From Vicinamibacteria bacterium (GTDB lineage: Bacteria > Acidobacteriota > Vicinamibacteria > Marinacidobacterales > Marinacidobacteraceae): DNA of 64,000 nt. The stretch spans positions 544,001-608,000 of the forward strand of contig OZ219815.1 of assembly GCA_964291235.2 (NCBI GenBank). The letters run 5' to 3'. Shown one piece after another: positions 51,798 through 59,951 of the stretch (position 1 is its first letter; the number at the start of each line of letters is the position of its first letter). The notes beneath the pieces were generated by a model that did not search any database, was not told the origin of the DNA, and saw only the letters and a list, made by a program, of their open reading frames with translations. The position numbers and the translations under genes were made by a program.

Positions 51798-51806
51798 CGG
51801 GAATCC

Positions 51807-52403
51807 ATGAGACAACGAAACGCGGCGCCCGGACTGGACGCGCCGCCTTCGCCCCGCACCGGACTTGTGTCCGGATTGGCGCTGGCCGCCCTGCTCTTCC
51901 TTCCCACAAGTCTCGCCGCCCAGCGTCGCGAGCCCATTCCGTCGCCCTTCGCGCCACTCGGGATCGCGAAGATGTCCGAGTTGGCCACCCAGGTCGTGGC
52001 CGGCACCATCGAGAGGATGGAATCAACCTGGAACCACGACCATTCGCGCATCTACACGCGGGTCACCATGAGCGTCGAGCGGGTGTTGTCCGGTCAGGCC
52101 GGCAGCAGGATCGTGTTCCGCATCCCCGGCGGCACCGTCGGAGACACCACCGTCATGGTCTCCGAGATGCCGCACTTCCGGGTGGGCGAACAGACGGTGG
52201 TCTTCCTGCGCGGAAGCCGCGGGCGGCTACCGTCGGTCCTCGGGGGAACGGAGGGAAAGATGCCGCTCTCCCGCGCGGACGACGGAAACCTCAGCCTGCT
52301 CTTCCCGATCCGGGCCTCCGCTGGTAGCGGCGCTGGACAACCCACTCACGAACTCGACGCGCTGGAACGCCTGGTCCGCGGCAGCGCCGCCCTGCGGCGG
52401 TAG
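51807..52403 (+). CDS. Hypothetical secreted beta-rich (OB/NTR-like) protein
   Basis: Signal peptide; A..VV.GTI...ES.W...IYT.V...VERVL.G...PGGTVG....VS.MPHF.VGE..VVFL. Confidence 0.75.
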   Translation: MRQRNAAPGLDAPPSPRTGLVSGLALAALLFLPTSLAAQRREPIPSPFAPLGIAKMSELATQVVAGTIERMESTWNHDHSRIYTRVTMSVERVLSGQAGSRIVFRIPGGTVGDTTVMVSEMPHFRVGEQTVVFLRGSRGRLPSVLGGTEGKMPLSRADDGNLSLLFPIRASAGSGAGQPTHELDALERLVRGSAALRR

Positions 52404-52430
52404 CGACCTTCGGGAGCGACGGAGCCTTGG

Positions 52431-53339
52431 CTAACGCCGGCCCCGCCGGCCCCGCCGATCGGGGGGAAGGTCCACGGCGCCCCGCACATTGTCGTGGTGA
52501 ATCCGCGACCGGCGGACTCCGGTCACGGTCAGGCCGCCCTCCACGTCGCGGACCCGGACGCTCCCGGAGCCGGCATCGCTAACCCGCACTTCGCCGCCCA
52601 CACGCTCGATCTCGATGCTGCCGGAGCCGTCGTCCGTGACCACGACATTTTCCGTCACCTCATGGATCTTGGCCCCACCGGAGCCGTCCTCGAGCGTGAC
52701 GCTGCCGGCGACCTCGCGGATCGTAAGGCTCCCGGAGCCGTCCTCCACCGAGACGTCGCCGGTAACGTCCTCGATGGTCAGGCCGCCGGAGCCATCTTCC
52801 ACGAAAACGTCACCCCGCGCCCCGGAAATGCGCAGCCCTCCGGAGCGGTCGTTCACCCGGACCGATCCCGTGCGGCTCAGCCGCAGCGAACCCGACCCGT
52901 CCTCCACCGCCACCGGACCGACATCCGATACCGTGACGGATCCCGACCCGTCTTCCAGATCAATGGCGGTCGCGGCGGGAACGCGGACCACGAGATGGAT
53001 GCTCGCGTAGCGGTTCCGCCAGAAGCCCCAGCCACTGCCTTGCCGCTCCGGGTAGGTCGTCCGGAGCCGTCCTCCCTCGAGCGACACCGCCAATCCGGCG
53101 AGCAGCTCCTCATTCGCTGCGCAAAGGGTCGCGGTCACCCGGAACTCGTTGAGCTCCGGCTCGCCGGTGATCTCGACGGCGCCGGCGCCGCTCTTCACCT
53201 CGAGTGCAGCGGCGGAAGGGCCGCTCAACTCCACGGTGTCCCGGTGTTCGCAGTTTTCCCTGTCCGGTTGCGCGAAGGCCGCCGGCGCCACCAGGGCCGT
53301 GAGCAGCAGCGAGAGCGCGGTGCGTCCCATCTTGGTCAT
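52431..53339 (-). CDS. DUF4097/adhesin-like beta-solenoid secreted protein
   Basis: Signal peptide; repeated V.V.DGSG.L.I..V.G units of ~19 aa. Confidence 0.85.
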   Translation of the reverse strand: MTKMGRTALSLLLTALVAPAAFAQPDRENCEHRDTVELSGPSAAALEVKSGAGAVEITGEPELNEFRVTATLCAANEELLAGLAVSLEGGRLRTTYPERQGSGWGFWRNRYASIHLVVRVPAATAIDLEDGSGSVTVSDVGPVAVEDGSGSLRLSRTGSVRVNDRSGGLRISGARGDVFVEDGSGGLTIEDVTGDVSVEDGSGSLTIREVAGSVTLEDGSGGAKIHEVTENVVVTDDGSGSIEIERVGGEVRVSDAGSGSVRVRDVEGGLTVTGVRRSRIHHDNVRGAVDLPPDRRGRRGRR

Positions 53340-53454
53340 TGCGTGACTCCCTCGGGGGCACTGGAGACGGCGCGTTCCGTCCGTCGGCCCCGGATACCCC
53401 GACCTAACGCCGAATCAGCGGCTGCGGTTCCGTCCTCCCTATACTGAACGGGCT

Positions 53455-55161
53455 TTGAGCCGCCGCGCCCGGAAACACTTCGCGGCGGCGGTGTGTATCA
53501 CCGTTTCGGGTGCGGCCTCCGCTGCGGCCCAGGGGTTCACCGAAGTCACCGAAGCAGCGGGTCTTCGTTTCGTCCACGACGCGGGCGACGAGGGCAACTT
53601 CTCGCTCCCGGAGATCACCGGCGCCGGGGCGGGATTCTTCGATGCCGACGGAGATGGAGATCTCGACATCTATCTGCTCCAGGGCGGCCGGCCGGCCGAC
53701 CCCGCGGGCCCGCGTCCGGGAGCGCCCGGCAACGTCCTCTATCTCCAGGGACCGCCGGGAACTTTTGTGGATGCCAGCGACGCCTCGGGGACGGCCGACA
53801 CCGGCTACGGGATGGGACTCGCGGCGGGAGACTTCGACGGGGATGGGCGTACCGATCTCTTCGTCACGAACTACGGGCCGGATGTCCTCTACCGGAGTCT
53901 CGGCGACGGACGCTTCGAAGACGTGACCGCGGCGGCGGGCGTCGCCGGGGAGGGATGGTCCTCGTCCGCCACCTTCTGCGACTACGACGCCGACGGACGC
54001 CTCGACCTCTACGTCACCCGGTACGTCAGAAACGACCCGGCGAAGCTCTGCACCCAGCAGGACGGGAGCCGCGACTATTGCAGTCCCCAGGTGTTCCCCG
54101 GAGCCCATGACTACCTCTACCGGAACCTGGGCAGGGGCCGTTTCGAGGACGTTTCCCTCGCCTCGGGACTGCGGACGGTGCACGCGCCCGGCCTCGGGGT
54201 GGTCTGCCATGACTTCGACGGCGACCGGCGTCTCGACTTCTATGTGGCGAACGACGGAGAAGCGAACCAGCTCTGGCTGAACCAGGGGCCGGGCGGCTTC
54301 GCCGACGACGCCTTCCTCGCCGGCGTGGCCCTGAACGACGCCGGACGGCCCGAGGCGGGGATGGGGATCGCGCTGGGAGACGTGGACGCCGATCTCGATC
54401 TCGACCTCTTCATCACCCACGTCGCGGACGAGACGAACACCCTCTACCGGAGCGACGGTTCGGACCTTGGGTTGTCCTTCGCCGACCGCACCGGCCCTTC
54501 CGGCCTCGGCCCAGCGAGCATGGCGATGACGGGTTTCGGGACCGGGTTCGCAGACCTGGATCTCGACGGCGCGCTGGACCTCGTGGTCGCGAACGGCCGG
54601 GTCCAGCGGAAACCCGCGCTTCCGGGAGCTCTCGGTGACGCTTTCTGGAGGGTCTTCGGCGAGCCGAACCAGGTGTTCCGAAACGGCGGCACGCAGGGGA
54701 ACGACGCCCTCTTTGCCGGTTTCGAGAGTGCCGGGGACTTCGACGGGGTCATCGAAGTCAGCCGCGGGCTGGCGCTCGGGGACTATGACGAGGACGGCGA
54801 TCTCGACCTGCTGCTCGCGAACGCGGAAGGACCCGCCCGCCTCTATCGGAACGACTTCGAGCGGAGCGGATCGCCGCTCCGCGTGACCACCCTCGACGCC
54901 GCGGGAAGGCCTGCGTTTCCGGCCGTGGTGACCGCGGTCTTGGCGGACGGCGCCCGCTCGGTACGCCGCGCCGACCCGGGCGGAAGCTATCTGGCGACCG
55001 GCGATCCGCGCGCGTTCTTTGCAGTCCCGCCGAACGGCGAGGTGACCGAATTTGAGGTGATCTGGCCGGATGGGAATCGCGAAGCCTTTCCCGGAACCGG
55101 TAGCGCAACCGTCAGCCTGAGGCAGGGCGGCGGCGAGCCCCGCCAGGAAACTCGCCGGTAA
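53455..55161 (+). CDS. CRTAC1/ASPIC-UnbV family FG-GAP repeat protein
   Basis: F.EVT..AGL.F.H, several D.DGDG..DL repeats, AGMG, SRGLA.GD.D.DGD.DL, C-terminal GGSYL...D.R. Confidence 0.9.
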   Translation: MSRRARKHFAAAVCITVSGAASAAAQGFTEVTEAAGLRFVHDAGDEGNFSLPEITGAGAGFFDADGDGDLDIYLLQGGRPADPAGPRPGAPGNVLYLQGPPGTFVDASDASGTADTGYGMGLAAGDFDGDGRTDLFVTNYGPDVLYRSLGDGRFEDVTAAAGVAGEGWSSSATFCDYDADGRLDLYVTRYVRNDPAKLCTQQDGSRDYCSPQVFPGAHDYLYRNLGRGRFEDVSLASGLRTVHAPGLGVVCHDFDGDRRLDFYVANDGEANQLWLNQGPGGFADDAFLAGVALNDAGRPEAGMGIALGDVDADLDLDLFITHVADETNTLYRSDGSDLGLSFADRTGPSGLGPASMAMTGFGTGFADLDLDGALDLVVANGRVQRKPALPGALGDAFWRVFGEPNQVFRNGGTQGNDALFAGFESAGDFDGVIEVSRGLALGDYDEDGDLDLLLANAEGPARLYRNDFERSGSPLRVTTLDAAGRPAFPAVVTAVLADGARSVRRADPGGSYLATGDPRAFFAVPPNGEVTEFEVIWPDGNREAFPGTGSATVSLRQGGGEPRQETRR

Positions 55162-55164
55162 ACG

Positions 55165-56724
55165 ATGGCCCGATCCCGGCAACCTCGGAAAGGACGGCCG
55201 GAGAAGTCGCGACCCGGCCGACCAAGACCCGAGGCGGCTCGCAGCGGCACCCGCCGGACCGCCAGCCAGCCGATCGCGGCAAGCCCACCGAACGCGAAGA
55301 AGCCGCGTGCTCTCTGGCTCGGAGCCGGCGCGGTCGTCGTGGCCATCGTCCTCATGGTCGCCCTGCGCGCCGGCCCCGACCTTCCCGACCCTCCGGAACC
55401 CGATCTGTCCGGGGCGGAGCCGGAAGTCGCCGAGGTGATTCGGCGCACCAGAGCGGCAGTGCTCGACGAATCCGGTTCTCCCGACCGCTGGGCCACCCTG
55501 GGCGCCGCTTTCCTGGCCCACGAATTCCACCCCGAAGCTGCCGCCGCGTACGCCGCCGCCGGGACGCTGGCGCCGGACGACTACCGCTTTCGTTACCTGC
55601 GGGCCAGGTCGCTCTGGCGGGCGGACCCCGAAGCGGCGGAAGCCGCGATCCTCGAAGCGGTCCGCCTGAATCCGGGCTACGCCCCCGCCTACCTACTGGC
55701 GGGACAGCTCGCCGAGGACCGCACCGATCCCGAAGCCGCCAAGGAGCACTATCGGGCGGCGCTCGACCGGCTCGGCGGAACCCGGTCGGCGCCGGCCAAC
55801 ACCGCGGCGGCGAGTTTCCGCCTGGGGCGGCTGCTCGCCGGCGACGGAAACCTCGACGAGGCCCTCCCCCTGCTCGAAGAGGCCGAGGCGCTCGCTCCGG
55901 AATCCGGGGCGGTGGCCGCCGCGCTGGCCCGGGTGTACCGGCGGACCGGCGACGGCGAGAGAGCGCGCGCCGCCGCGGAGCGCGCCCGCAGTCTTGATCA
56001 CGACCTGCTGATCAGCGATCCGCTGATGGACGCCGTGAACAACGTGGCGGTCTCGGTCATCGGCAAGGAACGCCGCGCATTCGCCGCCGAGGGCGCGGGG
56101 CGTCCGGAAATCGCGGAACGCCTGCTGCGCGAAATGATCCGGTCGCGTCCGGAGGCCGCCGATCTCTTCTACAACCTCGGCAACAACCTCTCGCGACAGG
56201 GGAGGAACGACGAAGCGCTCGTCGCCTGGAGCACCGCCCTGGAGAAAAACCCCGACCACGTGGCGGCGCTGATCAACTCGAGCATCGTCCTCGCACAGTC
56301 GGGCAGTCTCGCCGAAGCGGAACGGCGCTGCCGGAGGGCGCTGGAAGTCCAGCCGAACCATCCGGGCGCCCTCTCCAGCCTGGGCAGCATCGCGGCGCTG
56401 GGCGGCCGGAGAACCGAGGCGCTCAGCTGGTTCCGGCGGGCGCTCGAACAGGAACCCGAGCGGGCGGGGACCCACGATTCGATCGCCCAGGTGCTGGCGG
56501 CGAGCCGCCAGTTCAACGAGGCCATCCGCCATTTCCGGATCGCGGTCGCCAAGGAGCCGTTCCGGGGGGACTTTCGGCTGGGACTCGCCGCCACCCTCGC
56601 CTCCACCGGCGATTTCGAGGGCGCCTGGGAGGTGGCCCACGACGCGCGCCGGCTCGGGGTCGAGCTTCCCCCGAACTTCCTGGGAATGCTGCGCCAGGCG
56701 ATGCCGGAACCCGCGTTCCGCTGA
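55165..56724 (+). CDS. Membrane-anchored tetratricopeptide-repeat protein
   Basis: Basic N-terminus, one TM segment, many TPR-like units (A...NP.YA.AY, YNLG, AL...P.H..A). Confidence 0.88.
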   Translation: MARSRQPRKGRPEKSRPGRPRPEAARSGTRRTASQPIAASPPNAKKPRALWLGAGAVVVAIVLMVALRAGPDLPDPPEPDLSGAEPEVAEVIRRTRAAVLDESGSPDRWATLGAAFLAHEFHPEAAAAYAAAGTLAPDDYRFRYLRARSLWRADPEAAEAAILEAVRLNPGYAPAYLLAGQLAEDRTDPEAAKEHYRAALDRLGGTRSAPANTAAASFRLGRLLAGDGNLDEALPLLEEAEALAPESGAVAAALARVYRRTGDGERARAAAERARSLDHDLLISDPLMDAVNNVAVSVIGKERRAFAAEGAGRPEIAERLLREMIRSRPEAADLFYNLGNNLSRQGRNDEALVAWSTALEKNPDHVAALINSSIVLAQSGSLAEAERRCRRALEVQPNHPGALSSLGSIAALGGRRTEALSWFRRALEQEPERAGTHDSIAQVLAASRQFNEAIRHFRIAVAKEPFRGDFRLGLAATLASTGDFEGAWEVAHDARRLGVELPPNFLGMLRQAMPEPAFR

Positions 56725-56764
56725 AGCGCGGGACTCCGGCAGGCGCCGGCCCACACCAGGGGGT

Positions 56765-56794
56765 TGGACATTCGGCGGCGTCCGGCCGTATCAT
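56765..56794 (+). promoter_or_regulatory. Sigma70-like promoter of the second receptor gene
   Basis: TGGACA-18 nt-TATCAT, about 170 nt upstream of ATG 56965. Confidence 0.4.
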
Positions 56795-56964
56795 CGCTCC
56801 ACGATTTTGAATTCACCGCGCCGTTTCTGGATCAACACAGCCACCCGGAATTCCAACCTATTGAAAAACCTGATAGATGCAGGACACCCGGCCAGAGTCT
56901 TCGGTGGCATGTCAGTTGCGAGTTGCGGTCATCAATCTTTGTCTTACCCGTTGAAGGAGGGACC

Positions 56965-59859
56965 ATGAGAAAGATTCTTCTCGCTCTTCTGTTCGTGACG
57001 ATTGCCGTCCCGGCACTCGCGCAGCAGCAGTACGGGCGCCTTGAAGGCGCGGCCCGTGACTCCCAGGGACTCTCTCTCCCCGGGGTGTCCGTCAACCTCT
57101 CCGGTGAGGCCATCATCGGAAGCCGGAACGCCACCACCGACGTGGACGGCTCCTACCGGTTCCAGGCGCTGCCTCCGGGCGACTACACCATCGTGTTCGA
57201 ACTCAGCGGTTTCCAGACCGTCGTGTTCGAGGACATTCGGGTGGTGACCGGCGCGACCTTCTCGGTGAATGCCGACATGCAGATCGCGACGGTGGCCGAG
57301 ACGGTCACGGTGACCGGCGAGTCGCCGGTGGTGGACGTGAAGTCCACCGGCGTGGCGGCGACCTTCGACAAGACGCAATTGGACGAGGTTCCCACCGCAA
57401 CCGACATGTGGGCGGTGCTGCACCAGAGCCCGGGAGTCCGGGTCCAGGGTTACGACGTGGGCGGCTCGCACAAGAGCCAGCAGTCCATGTACGAGACCTT
57501 CGGCGTGCGGAGCCAGAACCGGGTCCTCTACGAGGGTGTGAACACCACGGAAGGCACCGGCTCGGCTGGCGGTTACTACGACTACTACGCGATGGAGGAA
57601 ATGCAGGTTTCGGCGCAGGGCGCGGACGTGGAGATGTCCACCCCGGGCGCGCAGATCCAGACGACCGTCAAGAGCGGCGGTAACGACTTCTCCGGCCTCC
57701 AGAGCGGGGCCTGGAATCCCCCGGATCTGATCGCCGACAACTTCACCTCCGAATTGGGCGCGCGGGACGGCTCCCCGTCACCGGTGCTCTCGTTCTACGA
57801 GTTCCACCTCGACCTCGGCGGCCCCATCGTCCGGGACAAGGCCTGGTTCTACGCGGCCTACAACAACTTCTACATCGATACGGCGATCTCCGGCGTGGAC
57901 CAGAACCTGGCCACGGACATCGGCGACTTCGACATCTTCACCGCGAAGGTGAACTACCAGATCACCGAGCGCGACCAGTTCATCGGGTTCTCCACCTGGT
58001 CCTGGAAGCGGAAGCCCAACCGCGGCCTCTCCGCGACCCGTCCCGCCGAATCCATCCTCGCTCAGGACTACTGGATCTGGCTGCACAAGGCCGAGTGGCA
58101 GCGCGTCTGGAGCGACCGCTTCTTCTCCAACATCATGATCGGCCACATGGGAACGACCTGGCCCATGGTCCCCAAGGGGGATCCGATCAACGGGAACGAG
58201 CCGCGCTTCAACCTCGCCAGCAGCCATGTGTCGGGCGCCGGGTGGCAACCGTTTACCAGGAACCGCTGGAAGCCGCAGAGCACGGCCCAGTTCAACTACT
58301 ACGTCCCGATCGGCAACGGCAGCCACGACTTCAAGTTCGGCTGGGACTGGCAGATCGACAGCGAACTCCGCGGGTTCAACACGAACTCCGGCGCCTTCCG
58401 GTACCGCGACGATCCGGGCCAGGGCCGCCCGCACAACGTGCACCAGATCGACCTCGTGGGAGTTCCCAACCTGGTGGAAAACCCCAACATGCACGCGGAC
58501 TTCTTCGTGCAGGACGTGTGGACCGTCAACGACCGCCTGACCCTGATGGCCGGCATCCGGGTAGGCAGCCAGATCCTCACGTACCTCGAGGCGGACAACT
58601 CCCCTGGCAGCCCGTGTCAGGACGTCTTGCAGTGCCAGTTCGAACTCCCGGCCAATCAGAGCCAGATCCTCATGGACGTCTTTGGCACCGGCGGCATCAC
58701 CCCGGGTGACGATGTGTTCAGCCACTGGAACATCGCTCCCCGCGTCGGGCTGACCTACGACCTGACTGGTGAGGGTTCCACGGTCTTCAAGACCTACTTC
58801 GGGCGCTACTTCTCGAACATCGGGACCGGCCTCTTGTCCGCGAACCCGGGTGGCCAGCCTTCCGCCCGCTACGAATTCCTCGACCAGAACATGAACGGAA
58901 TCCTCGACGATTCTTCGGAACTCGGACAGCAGCTCTCGTTCACCGCGGGCGCCGGGTCCGGCTCCACAACGCCGATCGATCCGAACTGGACGCTCCCCTG
59001 GGCGGACGAGTTGAGCGCCTCGGTCGAGCACGAGCTCACCGCCGACCTCGGTGCGCGGGCGTCGTATGTGTACAAGCGGATGCGCAACACCTGGAGCAGC
59101 TACGACCAGGCCGACCTGGGCCGGAACACCCCGATCTCGATTCCGACCTGCGACGGGTGTCCCGCGGGTTACAACCGGTCGTTCAACCTGCTCCTCTACC
59201 CCGAGGAACTGGTCGGCACGACGGACAACCTCACCACGAACCACCCGGCCGGCGAGAGCGACATGGACTTCCACACCGTTTCGCTCGGACTGAACAAGCG
59301 GTTCCGGAGCAATTTCTTCTACAACGTGTACTTCGACTACCAGTGGCGCTCCGAGCCGCGGAGCCCGGGCGGGTCGTCCAGCGGCTGGGCAACCAGCTCG
59401 CCGCTGTCTTCCGACCCCACGTCGCAAGGCTGGTTCTTCAACTACGATCAGGACATTCCGACCGTTCAGGATACGACCACGTATCAGTTGAAGACTTCGG
59501 CGCGGTATGTCTTGCCGTTCGAGATCGGTTTGGCGGGAACGTATCGGTTCGTGAGTGGGTTCAACTTCGCGCCGACCCACCGCAACCTGGTGTATGACGG
59601 ACGGGTGACGGTCACCTCTTGGCTCGCCCCCATGAATGAGGACCGCTCCCCGAATGTGACGATCGTGGACTTCCGCCTCGACAAGGGCTTCGCCTTGAGC
59701 GATCGCATGAACGTGCAGGTCATTCTCGATGTCTTCAACGCGATGAATGCCAACACGGTCACGAACTTCCAGTTGCTCGATTCGGTGGTGCCCTATCAAC
59801 GAATCGTCGAGTACCTGAAAGGACGAACGATCGGCCTATCGGCGCGACTTACCTTCTGA
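56965..59859 (+). CDS. Second Oar-like outer-membrane receptor, paralog of 46809-49682
   Basis: AAGGAGG RBS, signal peptide; shares VP.ATD.WAVL..PGVR..GYDVGGSHKSQQ..YE.FG.R.QNR and HK.EWQRVW; terminal LTF. Confidence 0.9.
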   Translation: MRKILLALLFVTIAVPALAQQQYGRLEGAARDSQGLSLPGVSVNLSGEAIIGSRNATTDVDGSYRFQALPPGDYTIVFELSGFQTVVFEDIRVVTGATFSVNADMQIATVAETVTVTGESPVVDVKSTGVAATFDKTQLDEVPTATDMWAVLHQSPGVRVQGYDVGGSHKSQQSMYETFGVRSQNRVLYEGVNTTEGTGSAGGYYDYYAMEEMQVSAQGADVEMSTPGAQIQTTVKSGGNDFSGLQSGAWNPPDLIADNFTSELGARDGSPSPVLSFYEFHLDLGGPIVRDKAWFYAAYNNFYIDTAISGVDQNLATDIGDFDIFTAKVNYQITERDQFIGFSTWSWKRKPNRGLSATRPAESILAQDYWIWLHKAEWQRVWSDRFFSNIMIGHMGTTWPMVPKGDPINGNEPRFNLASSHVSGAGWQPFTRNRWKPQSTAQFNYYVPIGNGSHDFKFGWDWQIDSELRGFNTNSGAFRYRDDPGQGRPHNVHQIDLVGVPNLVENPNMHADFFVQDVWTVNDRLTLMAGIRVGSQILTYLEADNSPGSPCQDVLQCQFELPANQSQILMDVFGTGGITPGDDVFSHWNIAPRVGLTYDLTGEGSTVFKTYFGRYFSNIGTGLLSANPGGQPSARYEFLDQNMNGILDDSSELGQQLSFTAGAGSGSTTPIDPNWTLPWADELSASVEHELTADLGARASYVYKRMRNTWSSYDQADLGRNTPISIPTCDGCPAGYNRSFNLLLYPEELVGTTDNLTTNHPAGESDMDFHTVSLGLNKRFRSNFFYNVYFDYQWRSEPRSPGGSSSGWATSSPLSSDPTSQGWFFNYDQDIPTVQDTTTYQLKTSARYVLPFEIGLAGTYRFVSGFNFAPTHRNLVYDGRVTVTSWLAPMNEDRSPNVTIVDFRLDKGFALSDRMNVQVILDVFNAMNANTVTNFQLLDSVVPYQRIVEYLKGRTIGLSARLTF

Positions 59860-59882
59860 CCCTTCCGGGTCAACCCAAAACA

Positions 59883-59924
59883 AGGCCCGTCGGTCCCGCA
59901 AGGGGCCGGCGGGTCTTTCCTTTT
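59883..59924 (+). terminator. Rho-independent terminator
   Basis: AGGCCCGTCGGTCCC-GCAA-GGGGCCGGCGGGTCT followed by TTCCTTTT. Confidence 0.8.
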
Positions 59925-59951
59925 GGGCGCGACTTCGGCCAAGATCGCCTC

